The notes under the pieces are model-generated. The model did not search any database. It saw nothing but the letters and a program-made list of their open reading frames with translations, and was not told the origin of the DNA. A stretch of DNA of 26,593 nucleotides from Candidatus Equibacterium intestinale (GTDB lineage: Bacteria > Bacteroidota > Bacteroidia > Bacteroidales > UBA932). Below are positions 7,404 to 19,997 of the stretch, piece by piece (position 1 is the stretch's first letter; the number at the start of each line of letters is the position of its first letter). The DNA is taken from the NCBI GenBank assembly GCA_018064305.1, contig JAGHVP010000143.1, positions 1 to 26,593 of the forward strand, in the 5' to 3' direction. The translations under genes were made by a program, and so were the position numbers.

Positions 7404-8285
7404 TTATAATATACTCCACAATATAACCGACACGGCATACGCCAGATCGTAAAAGCCTGTCAGCATCAGGATCCTGTTGTAGCCACGCCCTTCCGCATTC
7501 AGGAACTTGCTATACAAAAATACAGCAAGAATAAATAAAATGCACGCTGCCGGCCATGATTTCATCACCAAAGCAGCAATCAGAGGTACTGAAAAAAGGC
7601 ACACGGCATAATATCCCCTGCCGAAATTGAGCGCAGCAGCGTCGCCGTGCCTCCTGCCCACTTTAACCACAAGCGTACGTTTGTCAGATGCATTGTCGCC
7701 CTTGTAGTCGCGGGTGTTGTTTACAGTAAGTATCCCGGTGGCAAGGGCACCGCATCCTAGTCCGAGCCAGAAAGAGAGCATGTTCCACTGTCCGGTAAGG
7801 ATATATGTAGTACCCATCGACGCTATGAACCCGTAGTACGACAGCGAAAACAAGTCTGCTATCCCAAGCGATGCCAGCGAATGTCTTGTAGCCGAATATA
7901 AAACCGCAAACAGCATTGCTGTCACCCCTATCGCAATCACAGGCCAGCCGCCCAGCCAGATAAGATATCCGCCTAGAACGATACATACAGCGGCGTCAAC
8001 CGAAATTGCCGTAAGCAGCTGCCGCGGAGTTATCACCCCCTGCGACACGGCACGTGCCGGTCCGAGCCTTTCCGGCCCGTCGGCTCCACGGCGGAAGTCA
8101 CAATAGTCATTCACCAGGTTGCTGAGCACCTGCAGCGCCATAGCACACACCATTACCGCCGCGGCGTGCCAGCCGTTGAATTTCCCCAACAGTGAGGCTG
8201 CGCATATACCCACAGCCACAGGTGAGATGCTGGCGGCCAGGGTAAACGGCCTTATTATGAAGAACCACTTCTTGAACCAGCCCAT
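7404..8285 (-). CDS. menA: 1,4-dihydroxy-2-naphthoate polyprenyltransferase MenA
   Basis: IRPFTLAAS, SNLVNDYCDF.RGAD and NNTRDY.GD...KRTLVV UbiA-family motifs. The ATG at 8285, 4 nt after the menG stop, is preferred over GTG 8306. Confidence 0.9.
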   Translation of the reverse strand: MGWFKKWFFIIRPFTLAASISPVAVGICAASLLGKFNGWHAAAVMVCAMALQVLSNLVNDYCDFRRGADGPERLGPARAVSQGVITPRQLLTAISVDAAVCIVLGGYLIWLGGWPVIAIGVTAMLFAVLYSATRHSLASLGIADLFSLSYYGFIASMGTTYILTGQWNMLSFWLGLGCGALATGILTVNNTRDYKGDNASDKRTLVVKVGRRHGDAAALNFGRGYYAVCLFSVPLIAALVMKSWPAACILFILAVFLYSKFLNAEGRGYNRILMLTGFYDLAYAVSVILWSIL

Positions 8286-8289
8286 ACCG

Positions 8290-9000
8290 CTACTGAGGTT
8301 TGACACCCGTATAAAGGTTTACCATATTGAAGGATAGTGACTTGAATGACACCTGCTCGAAACCTGCAGCACGCATCATCCCGCAGAATGTCTCTCCGCA
8401 GGCAAATTCATAAATTGTGGCCGGCAGATACCTGTAGGCCGACTTGTTGCCGGCAAGCAGCTTGCCCAGGAACGGAATGACATTGGTGTAATACCATTTC
8501 GCAAATGAAGCCACAGGCCCCTTGCGCGGAGTGGCGAACTCAAGTATCACGGCACGGCTGCCGGGCTTCAGAATCCTCATCATCTCGCACAGCCCCGCCT
8601 GCGGGTCGTTGAAGTTGCGGATGCCGAAGCTGCATGTCACCACATCCACCGATGCATCGCCGAGCGATGTGTGCTCGCAGTTCTCACGGGAGAGCGAAAT
8701 CACATCCTGCAGGCCGCGGCGCTCTATCTTTTCACGTGCCACAGCCAGCATTCCTTCAGAAAAGTCAAGTCCGTAGATATGCCGTGGAGCAAGCTTTCCG
8801 GCCATATATATTGCAAGGTCGCCGGTGCCGGTGGCGAAATCTGCAATCACAGCACAGCTTCCCTGTCCCGCCGCCTTCACTGCCTTCCGTCTCCAGCTGC
8901 GGTCTATCCCCACCGAAAGCAGATGGTTGAGGCTGTCGTACGACGGCGCTATGCCGTTGAACATCTCGTCAACTTTTTTCCTACTGATTCTTTCTGCCAT
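8290..9000 (-). CDS. ubiE: Demethylmenaquinone methyltransferase MenG/UbiE
   Basis: MFNGIAPSYD.LNHLLS.GID..WR, DFATGTGD, FGIRNF and YRYLP.TI motifs. Confidence 0.93.
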   Translation of the reverse strand: MAERISRKKVDEMFNGIAPSYDSLNHLLSVGIDRSWRRKAVKAAGQGSCAVIADFATGTGDLAIYMAGKLAPRHIYGLDFSEGMLAVAREKIERRGLQDVISLSRENCEHTSLGDASVDVVTCSFGIRNFNDPQAGLCEMMRILKPGSRAVILEFATPRKGPVASFAKWYYTNVIPFLGKLLAGNKSAYRYLPATIYEFACGETFCGMMRAAGFEQVSFKSLSFNMVNLYTGVKPQ

Positions 9001-10342
9001 AATCCAATGATTTTATGAAAGGCACCACCAGCAGTATCGATGTAAGCACTTCACATATCGGAAGTACAAGCCACATACCGGCAGCCCCCCACCAGAGTGG
9101 CAGCAGGAGGAATGCAGGTATCACAAACACCACTCCCCTGAGTACAGAGCCGACCGTTGCAAGCGCCGGACGCTCTATGCTCTGGAAATAGCCGATGGCG
9201 ATAATGTTGCACATATAGAAAAGCATTCCTGCGCCGAACAGCGGGAATCCTTCCAGCGCAAGTGCCGCCGAAGGGTCGCTGACAGGGAGGAACAGCTCGA
9301 TAAGAGGCTTGGGGAAGAAAACGAACAGCACAGTGATTGCAAGTGCCGTAAGCCCGCCGACGTGGAAACACTTGAATGTGCTTCTGCGCGCCCTTGCGCC
9401 ATCGCCCAGACCATAGTTGAAACTGATGACAGGCTGCATAGAGTTCACTATCGCATAACCTATCATGAACAGAAGGGGGTTATAGTAGCAGACAATGCCG
9501 AAAGCACCCACACCTACAGTGCCCAGATACTTCATGAACACAAGGTTGCCCACCACACTGTAGACTCCGCCGCATATCTCACCCACAAACGACCCGAAGC
9601 CCAGCTTGCACTGATAGCCGATATTGCGGATGCTGAGCCTGAGGCTCTTGAGGCTGCGCTTCGGCATCTGGAAATGCACCTTGCCCGACAGTTTCAGCAT
9701 ATAGAACACCGCCATCACCCAGCCGGAGAAAATGCCCGCAGTGGTGGCAAGGGCCGCGCCGAACACCCCCATCCCCATAGGGAAGATGAAGAGCCAGTCC
9801 AGGAAGATGTTTATCAGAGCCGGGACCACATTGGCCATCATGGCATATTTCGGCGAGCCGTCGAGCCGGATGGCAAACATGCACACAGTCTTGGTGAGAT
9901 CGAAGGATATGGCCGGAGCCAGGCCGCACATATATGCCGCCACCATCTCCACCATGCTCTCCTCTGCCCCCAGCGCCCTTGCCAGCGGACGGCGCAACAG
10001 AAGCAGCGCCGCCACCAGGACAATACCGCAGAGCGCAGCGAAGGCAAAGCCCTGTGTGATGTTGAGATTGGCATCCTTCTCCTTCTCATGCGAAAAATGG
10101 ATGGATGCCACAACGCTGCTGCCAAGGCCCATCATAAGCCCGATGGCAGACATCACAGAATAGACAGGGTTGCAGAAATTGACAGCGGCCACCCCCCTCG
10201 CCCCAACGCCGTGCGACACGAAGATACCGTCTATCACGCACATCAGCGCAATGGAGGCCATCCCGGTCAGCGTCGGGAAGAACATCTTGCGGAATATGGT
10301 ATCTATCCGCTCCCTGCCGAAATCTATCTCACCCTTCTCCAT
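8981..10342 (-). CDS. MATE family efflux transporter
   Basis: IDGIFVSHGVG..GVAAVN, IRLDGSP..AM, NIFLDWLFIF..MG..GAALAT and QPVISFNYG motifs; about 12 hydrophobic segments. Confidence 0.9.
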   Translation of the reverse strand: MEKGEIDFGRERIDTIFRKMFFPTLTGMASIALMCVIDGIFVSHGVGARGVAAVNFCNPVYSVMSAIGLMMGLGSSVVASIHFSHEKEKDANLNITQGFAFAALCGIVLVAALLLLRRPLARALGAEESMVEMVAAYMCGLAPAISFDLTKTVCMFAIRLDGSPKYAMMANVVPALINIFLDWLFIFPMGMGVFGAALATTAGIFSGWVMAVFYMLKLSGKVHFQMPKRSLKSLRLSIRNIGYQCKLGFGSFVGEICGGVYSVVGNLVFMKYLGTVGVGAFGIVCYYNPLLFMIGYAIVNSMQPVISFNYGLGDGARARRSTFKCFHVGGLTALAITVLFVFFPKPLIELFLPVSDPSAALALEGFPLFGAGMLFYMCNIIAIGYFQSIERPALATVGSVLRGVVFVIPAFLLLPLWWGAAGMWLVLPICEVLTSILLVVPFIKSLDYGRKNQ

Positions 10343-10355
10343 TCAGACGGAAAGC

Positions 10356-11201
10356 CTAGTATTTGAATGAAGCGGGATATCCCAGAAGCTGGTATGCAAT
10401 GGCGTAGGCCATTCTCTTGTGTCCTAATGTATTTGGATGCAGCACGTCGTGCTCGCTGTTCATGAAATATCTGTGGAACTGCTCGTTCATGGGATACAGG
10501 CCGCACACGGCATTGAGGTCTATCACAGGCACTGCCCAGATGTTTGCGGTCTCTTTCATTACAGCCACATAGTCGTCGATATAGAGGCCTATTGCATTTG
10601 TGAAATACTCATCGGGCTGGATGTTGCCGGCAGAGAACTCTGAAAAACCGCGGTGTATGGGGGTAAGCAGAATCACCTGCTGCTCTGGGAAGTTGGTTTT
10701 CAGGTAATCCATCATGATGTTGATGCGGCCGCGGTATGTGGCAGCTTTCGAGGGAGTGCGGTAGCGGCGCGCAACGGTGATGGGGCCGCCGATTGTGGTG
10801 TTCTGTGTAGAATACTCGAACCACTCGCCCAGCTCCACGCTGCGCTCGAAATCGTTGGTGCCTATGAAGATGATGAAGGCATCTATCTTGTCGCCCAGCT
10901 CTTCCTTAGCTCTTTCTGCCTGCCCCACGATGTCTTTGGTCTGATGGCCGCTGATGCCGTAGTTGTGGGCCTCTATGCCGAGGATGCCGATGAGCTGGTG
11001 CCAGTATGTGTCTGTACCCTCGCTGAGCTGGCGTTCGTCAGAGATCGAATCTCCAAGGATTGACACCACCTTCCCGATCCACTGGCTCATGATTCCAGGA
11101 CCTGCAGGCTCTGCCTGTTTCTTTTTGTCTCTGGCGTATGAAGGGGTTGCCAGAATCAGCGCAACTGCAAGCGCTGCAATAACTTTGATGCTAGTTTTCA
11201 T
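10356..11201 (-). CDS. SGNH/GDSL hydrolase family exported esterase
   Basis: SPI signal; ILGDSIS, GISG, IGTNDF and DVLHP blocks (S-G-N-H). Confidence 0.88.
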   Translation of the reverse strand: MKTSIKVIAALAVALILATPSYARDKKKQAEPAGPGIMSQWIGKVVSILGDSISDERQLSEGTDTYWHQLIGILGIEAHNYGISGHQTKDIVGQAERAKEELGDKIDAFIIFIGTNDFERSVELGEWFEYSTQNTTIGGPITVARRYRTPSKAATYRGRINIMMDYLKTNFPEQQVILLTPIHRGFSEFSAGNIQPDEYFTNAIGLYIDDYVAVMKETANIWAVPVIDLNAVCGLYPMNEQFHRYFMNSEHDVLHPNTLGHKRMAYAIAYQLLGYPASFKY

Positions 11202-12109
11202 TATTTCGAATTCTTTCTGATTACTTTTTTATAGTTCTTCATGGCGTCTGTCACGGCCTTGATGCATACGGGACGGGTCTGGTCGTCAACCTTCACGTTG
11301 CCGTTCCCTGTGCTGAAGTCATTCTTTGTCACGCCGATTCCGGTGTAGGGGTATATCAGGGTCTGGTACCATGTCATGGCCAGGGTATAGCGGCCGGCCC
11401 CCAGGTCTATGTGGAAGCCGTCACGGGTCATCTCCAGCGGAGCGCTGCTGAGCTCTGTGTTCCTGACATTGTCTATTGCAACAGCCGAAGGAATCAGATA
11501 GGTGAAATACGGTGTTTCCGAAAGCAGGTTATTCACAGAACCGCAGATTGCCTTGAACATGTTCTGCGGCTCGGTTCCGTAAGCCGTGAACCTTCCGTCA
11601 GCCATATATTCTGCCGAATATGACCAGGTCATCTGCCAGCCCCAGAGGGCATCGGGCTGTGTCAGCCGCACATATTCCACAAGCTTGTCTATCCATGGTC
11701 TGTAGCTGTCCCACAGGCCGGAGAAGGGCGAAGCCTGCTGAGTCACCACTATGTCGTATTTCGCATAGTCCAGCGCATCCTGGAGCGTTACGTTGTCTGT
11801 CCTGGTCCAACTGTTCACACCGGCCTTTGACACATACATGATATATGAGGGTGATTCAGACTCATATTCTTTCACATGCCTTTCAACCGTACATCCACCA
11901 ATGTACATGCTCACCAGTTCCACATTTTTGATTCCAAGGTTTTCCAGTATGGCGGGAAGATAGTCCACGCCGTCGTCGGTGAAGCTGTTGCCAATGGCAA
12001 GAATGCGCAGCACTCCGTCTTTGACGGGTTCTTCTGCATGATGCCTGCAGGCCGATGAATCGAATGATACCGCTATCAGAAGGGCGGTCAGAAGGAATAA
12101 TCTTTTCAT
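11201..12109 (-). CDS. DUF4886-like (SGNH-related) exported protein
   Basis: ILAIGNSF, MYIGGC, WDI-like 'YDIVVTQQAS', WQMTWSY and RDGFH motifs; TAATG stop/start overlap with the next gene. Confidence 0.78.
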   Translation of the reverse strand: MKRLFLLTALLIAVSFDSSACRHHAEEPVKDGVLRILAIGNSFTDDGVDYLPAILENLGIKNVELVSMYIGGCTVERHVKEYESESPSYIMYVSKAGVNSWTRTDNVTLQDALDYAKYDIVVTQQASPFSGLWDSYRPWIDKLVEYVRLTQPDALWGWQMTWSYSAEYMADGRFTAYGTEPQNMFKAICGSVNNLLSETPYFTYLIPSAVAIDNVRNTELSSAPLEMTRDGFHIDLGAGRYTLAMTWYQTLIYPYTGIGVTKNDFSTGNGNVKVDDQTRPVCIKAVTDAMKNYKKVIRKNSK

Positions 12110-12113
12110 GGTT

Positions 12114-12938
12114 CTACTTCAATGGAATGAATTCATATTCGAATGATTTGCGGCTCACGGTTATCCTGCCGAAACCTTCGGTGTAACCTTCATGCAGGGA
12201 AAGGCCTGCGGCGCCCGTTGTAATCATCCTGATGCCGTCGATCTCGATGTCGTTGCAGCGGTGCAGGTGACCTGTGAAAAGCGCGGTCACGCCATATTTC
12301 TTGAAAAGTTCCATATAGCGGGCACGCATAGGGAAGCTGAAACTGTCGTATGTCTCTGGTTCGTCCAGCGACTCCAGCACCAGCGGGCAGTGGCAGAACA
12401 GGAATATCTGACGGCACTTCCCCGCCATTCCGGCAAGCTGCTCCTCCATCCACTGATACTGCTCAGCCTCGAGTCTGCCATTATCTTCCTTAATGATATT
12501 GCTGTCAAACCCCAGGAAGCCTGTCTTCTTATGGACAAATGCAAAACGGTTGTCACCGCGCAGCGCCTTGAAACTGTCCACCTTCTCTTCCAGGGTCTGC
12601 CCCGGATACCCGGGACGGTAGTCGTGGTTGCCGGGCAGCTGATAGACTTCAGGTATGAGAGCCTCCTGCACATCAAGATAGCACGACATCTCGCGCTCAA
12701 CCACGGGATTGTCTACAAGGTCTCCGGTAATCACCACAAAATCAGGGTTCAGCGCATTCACCATCCCCACCGCCACCATGCAGTTCAATGAATCCTGTTC
12801 GAAAGTGCGGCACTCGGCAAACCCCAGCTGTGTGTCTGTCATCTGCACGAATGTGAAAGAATCGTTACTGCAGGAAGTAAGCATGACGGCCGCAGCAACA
12901 GCGGCAGATATGATAAAGAATGACCTTAATGTTTTCAT
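12114..12938 (-). CDS. Calcineurin-like metallophosphoesterase lipoprotein (CPPED1/CSTP1-like)
   Basis: Lipobox LTSC; TDTQLG, TGDLVD, GNHD, FCHCP and GHLH metal-ligand motifs. Confidence 0.88.
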   Translation of the reverse strand: MKTLRSFFIISAAVAAAVMLTSCSNDSFTFVQMTDTQLGFAECRTFEQDSLNCMVAVGMVNALNPDFVVITGDLVDNPVVEREMSCYLDVQEALIPEVYQLPGNHDYRPGYPGQTLEEKVDSFKALRGDNRFAFVHKKTGFLGFDSNIIKEDNGRLEAEQYQWMEEQLAGMAGKCRQIFLFCHCPLVLESLDEPETYDSFSFPMRARYMELFKKYGVTALFTGHLHRCNDIEIDGIRMITTGAAGLSLHEGYTEGFGRITVSRKSFEYEFIPLK

Positions 12939-12953
12939 ATTTATTACAAATGA

Positions 12954-16040
<3,087 letters not shown>

Positions 16041-18857
16041 ATGATGAAGAAAATAATTTTCTCTCTGGCTCTCATTGCCGCAAGCGCAATGTCAGCCTTC
16101 GCACAGGGCGACCCCATGGCTCCCCTGCCCAACGATCCGGCCTACCGCACAGGTGTGCTTGACAACGGCCTCACTTATTACATCCGTCACAACGAAAAGC
16201 CCGCACAGCGTGCAGACTTCTACTTCGTAGCCAATGTCGGCGCCATCGAAGAGAACCCCGCCCAGGACGGTCTCGCCCATTTCTACGAGCACATGGCGCT
16301 CAACGGCAGCAAGAACCTCCCCGGCAAGACAATGCTCGATTATTTCCAGAGCATCGGTGTGGAATTCGGCCGTAACATCAACGCCAGCACAGGAGTAGAG
16401 CAGACAATCTATCAGATTACAGACTGCCCCACAATCCGCGAAGGCATCATAGATACAGCAATCCTCACACTCCACGACTACTGCTACTTCACCACAAATG
16501 ATTTCGAGGAAATCGAGAAAGAGCGCGGTGTAATCGTCGAGGAGTGGCGCACACGCCGCACAGCCAGCTGGCGCATACACGAGCAGACCCTGCCCTACCT
16601 CTACAAAGATTCGAAATATGCCACCTGCACCCTTATCGGCGATGTCAACAACATCAAGACATTCGACCCGCAGTGCCTCGTAGACTTCTACAAGACATGG
16701 TATCATCCCGAGCTGCAGGCCCTTGTAATCGTAGGTGACGTGGATGTCGACGCAATCGAGGCAAAACTCAAAGAGCGTTTCCAGGACATTCCCAAGTCTG
16801 AGGTTCCCGTACAGCACCTGATGCCCGTCATCCCCGACAACGAGGAGCCCATCGTAGGCATCATCACCGACCCCGAGACTAACATCACATCTATCTCAGC
16901 CCTGTTCAAGACCCCGGCCGTTCCCTACGAAGTCCGTTCTACATTTGCCGGCTACATCGACGGTCTTGTAAAAGGCATGATCTGCAACATCATAAACGAG
17001 CGTCTCAACGACATATCAGTGCAGCCTGATGCACCTTTCATCGGAGCAAGTGTTTCAATGGGCAGCTTCGTAAGGACTTCCGACGCCATCTCTTGCAACC
17101 TCAACTGCAACGAAGGCAAGGGAGTGGAAGCTTTTGCAGCTGTAATGTCAGAAATGGAGAAAGCAAAACGCTACGGTTTCACAGATGACGAGGTAGAACG
17201 CATCAAAACCAACTACCTCCGTTCTTTCGAAAGAGCAAAAGATGCAGCTGACACCCGTACAAACGGCCAGCTCGTGAATGCTCCCATCAACAGTTTCCTC
17301 AGAGGTTCAAGCTATCTTGCACCCGACTTCGCATACGACCTCGTACAGCAGATCATGGGTATGGTGTCGGTCGAGGCACTCAACCAGTCAGTTGCACAGC
17401 TGTTCGATTTCAGCCGCAATGCAGTTGTGATATACACAGCAAAGGAGAAAGAGGGTCTCACCCATCCCACAGAAGCAGAGCTGGCATCAGTTATCGAATC
17501 ACTCCCCGCACTGGAGATTGCTGCCCCCGAGGCATCAGCAGCAAACGAACCTCTCATCAGCCAGGAGCTCAAGGGCTGCAAGGTTAAGAAAGAGAAAGCA
17601 GGTGCATTCGGATTCACCGAGTGGAAGCTCAAGAACGGCATCACAGTAGCTTTCCGCCAGACCGACCTCAAGAAAGACCAGGTTCTTTTCAGCATGTCTA
17701 ACCGCGGCGGCAAGTCACTTGTTGCTGATGCTGACATGAAATATGTGGACGACAACTTCGTTTCTCTCTACTTCGGCAACAGCGGTGTTTCAAACTTCCC
17801 TGAGACAAAGCTCACAAAGATGCTGGCCGGCAAATCAGTAGGCATCGGCCCTTCACTTGGCGGCACAACCCACGGCTACTCAGGAAGCTGCTCTACCAAA
17901 GACTTCGAAACCCTTCTCCAGCTCGCATATCTCTACAGCGAAGAGCCAAGATACGTTGAAGATGAGTACGCATCATCTCTTGCTCAGATCAAGGCAGTCA
18001 TTCCCAACGTCATCTCAACCCCTGGTTATGTTTTCAGCAAGCACATCCAGGAGAAACTCTACACCAACCCCGAGCGCAACCAGGCAATCAGCCCCGAGAT
18101 GGTTGATAGCTTCGACTACAACGAGATGGTACGCGTACTGAAGAGCGTCTTCAGCCAGAACGGCGGTGCAGTTGTAACTATCATCGGCGACATCGACGCT
18201 GAGACAGTGAAACCTCTTGTACAGAAGTATCTCGGATCTATCAAGACTTCGAAGAAGACCCCCAAGATCCAGAACACCAACAACTTCTTCGTCCAGGGTC
18301 AGTACGATGAACCCATAAAGACCGCGATGACAACACCCAAGAGCACAGTATTGTTCTGCCTCAATGCTCCCTGCGAGTTCAATCTCAAGAACATGCTGCT
18401 CGCAAGCGTAACCGACTACATCCTCGACCTTATCTATGTCGAGACAATCCGCGAAGAGGAAGGCGGCACATACGGTGTATCAACCCAGACTGCATTCTCT
18501 TATGTAGATACAAAACCCACCATCAGCACCACCATCCAGTTTGACACAAATGTCGAGAAAGTAGACGTTCTCTCTGACCTCGCTCTCAAGGGATACTACG
18601 ATTTCGCAGAACAGGGTCCCTCTGAAGACCAGCTCTCAAAGGCAAAGGAGAATCTTCTCAAGAACATCCCCGAGAGCCGCATCAGCAACGGTTACTGGAC
18701 AAACTGCTGGAACACACTCCGCTACTATGGATTTGACCGCGACGCCGAATTCGAGGCAACTGTCAACTCAATCACTGCAGAGGATGTCCAGAACTTCGTG
18801 AAGAACATTGCAGAAAGCGGCAACTTCTTCAAATCAGTGCTGTCTCCTGCAGAATAA
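16041..18857 (+). CDS. M16 family zinc peptidase (PqqL-like), exported
   Basis: SPI signal; GLAHFYEHMALNGS (HXXEH), ERGVIVEEWR and C-terminal IREEEGGTYG motifs; the start abuts the GH2 stop. Confidence 0.92.
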   Translation: MMKKIIFSLALIAASAMSAFAQGDPMAPLPNDPAYRTGVLDNGLTYYIRHNEKPAQRADFYFVANVGAIEENPAQDGLAHFYEHMALNGSKNLPGKTMLDYFQSIGVEFGRNINASTGVEQTIYQITDCPTIREGIIDTAILTLHDYCYFTTNDFEEIEKERGVIVEEWRTRRTASWRIHEQTLPYLYKDSKYATCTLIGDVNNIKTFDPQCLVDFYKTWYHPELQALVIVGDVDVDAIEAKLKERFQDIPKSEVPVQHLMPVIPDNEEPIVGIITDPETNITSISALFKTPAVPYEVRSTFAGYIDGLVKGMICNIINERLNDISVQPDAPFIGASVSMGSFVRTSDAISCNLNCNEGKGVEAFAAVMSEMEKAKRYGFTDDEVERIKTNYLRSFERAKDAADTRTNGQLVNAPINSFLRGSSYLAPDFAYDLVQQIMGMVSVEALNQSVAQLFDFSRNAVVIYTAKEKEGLTHPTEAELASVIESLPALEIAAPEASAANEPLISQELKGCKVKKEKAGAFGFTEWKLKNGITVAFRQTDLKKDQVLFSMSNRGGKSLVADADMKYVDDNFVSLYFGNSGVSNFPETKLTKMLAGKSVGIGPSLGGTTHGYSGSCSTKDFETLLQLAYLYSEEPRYVEDEYASSLAQIKAVIPNVISTPGYVFSKHIQEKLYTNPERNQAISPEMVDSFDYNEMVRVLKSVFSQNGGAVVTIIGDIDAETVKPLVQKYLGSIKTSKKTPKIQNTNNFFVQGQYDEPIKTAMTTPKSTVLFCLNAPCEFNLKNMLLASVTDYILDLIYVETIREEEGGTYGVSTQTAFSYVDTKPTISTTIQFDTNVEKVDVLSDLALKGYYDFAEQGPSEDQLSKAKENLLKNIPESRISNGYWTNCWNTLRYYGFDRDAEFEATVNSITAEDVQNFVKNIAESGNFFKSVLSPAE

Positions 18858-18886
18858 TCGGGCGGATCGACAGACCATATACATAC

Positions 18887-18927
18887 AATAAGTGCCGGAA
18901 GCAATTTGTTTCCGGCACTTATTTTTT
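18887..18927. terminator. Intrinsic terminator between the convergent M16 and LacI genes
   Basis: AATAAGTGCCGGAA-GCAATTTGT-TTCCGGCACTTATT followed by TTTT. Confidence 0.85.
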
Positions 18928-18930
18928 CCG

Positions 18931-19953
18931 CTATTTTTTCGGTGAGGATGAGGAGCGGGAGACGAACTGTCCATGCGTCTCGACCTGCTGCACAATTGCG
19001 TTGTTTGAATTAATATTGTCGAACAGTATTTCCACGGCCTTGTTTGCCATGACCTCGAGAGGCTGATGGATACATGAAATCGGAGCGTAGAAGAAATCGA
19101 ACGCGGTATCACTGTCGAATCCCACAAGACCAAGCTGCTGGGGAACCTTGATGCCATGGTCCTTGATGTAATAAAGGCAGTTGACTGCAATCGTGTTGGT
19201 TGCGAATACAAGTGCGTCAGAACCCGATTCGAGTGCTTCGCGGACAATCGTTGCGCAACTCTCCTTTATATTCTTCGGATCCACACACCGTATGTCTTCG
19301 AACTGAGAGAGGTTGTTGTCTGCCATCGCCTCCCTGTACCCTGCGGCACGGCCTATCATGTGGGACAGATTGAGGTCGTAGCCTACGAAGGTTATCCTCC
19401 TGTATCCTGCGTCGATGAGTGCCTTTGTCGCGTCATGGCCGGCGCCTGTATTGTTAAGGCACAGGTAGCTTGTCTTGAGTTCCGGGAAATAACGGTCCAT
19501 CAGTACAAACGAGACATTCGTATTGATAAGGTACTGTATCGTATCCTCGGACCCCTCGCACGGAACCAGGATTATTCCATCCACCTCTTTCGAGAGCATA
19601 CGCTCGACCTGCTTGGCCATCTTCTCTGCATTCTCGTCGGATGATGCGAAGAGGGTCATGTACCCTTTCTCCTCAGTGGCCGACTCGATATACCTGGCAA
19701 GGTCGGCGAAGAATTGGTTCGAGATATCGGACACAATCACACCGATTGTCTTCGAGGATCCGTGCCTGAGGCTCTTTGCCAGTCCGTTCGGCTTGTAATT
19801 AAGCTCCCTGGCTATCCGCTTGACTTTTTCGGCCACGTCTTTGTTGACCCTGTACTGCTGCTGCTTGCCGTTGAGGACGAACGACACAAGAGAGGTCGAC
19901 ACACCGGCTGCTGCAGCAACATCCTTCAATGAAACACTGTTTTTCTTAGCCAT
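18931..19953 (-). CDS. LacI/GalR family transcriptional regulator
   Basis: SLKDVAAAAGVSTSLVSFVLNG HTH, YKPN..AKSL hinge, IGVIVSDISN.FF and periplasmic-binding-protein-like C-domain. Confidence 0.95.
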   Translation of the reverse strand: MAKKNSVSLKDVAAAAGVSTSLVSFVLNGKQQQYRVNKDVAEKVKRIARELNYKPNGLAKSLRHGSSKTIGVIVSDISNQFFADLARYIESATEEKGYMTLFASSDENAEKMAKQVERMLSKEVDGIILVPCEGSEDTIQYLINTNVSFVLMDRYFPELKTSYLCLNNTGAGHDATKALIDAGYRRITFVGYDLNLSHMIGRAAGYREAMADNNLSQFEDIRCVDPKNIKESCATIVREALESGSDALVFATNTIAVNCLYYIKDHGIKVPQQLGLVGFDSDTAFDFFYAPISCIHQPLEVMANKAVEILFDNINSNNAIVQQVETHGQFVSRSSSSPKK

Positions 19954-19983
19954 TTCTTCTTTGTAATTTCAATTCCTGCACAA

Positions 19984-19991
19984 CAAAGGTA
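19984..19991 (-). promoter_or_regulatory. -7 promoter box (TACCTTTG) for LacI
   Basis: Exact TAnnTTTG 6 nt after the CotH copy 2 stop and about 30 nt before the LacI ATG. Confidence 0.6.
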
Positions 19992-19997
19992 AAAAAA

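Noticed and set aside
9362-10366. 334-aa ORF antisense to the MATE gene
   Set aside because: His/Arg/Ala-rich shadow of a hydrophobic, GC3-rich membrane-protein gene.
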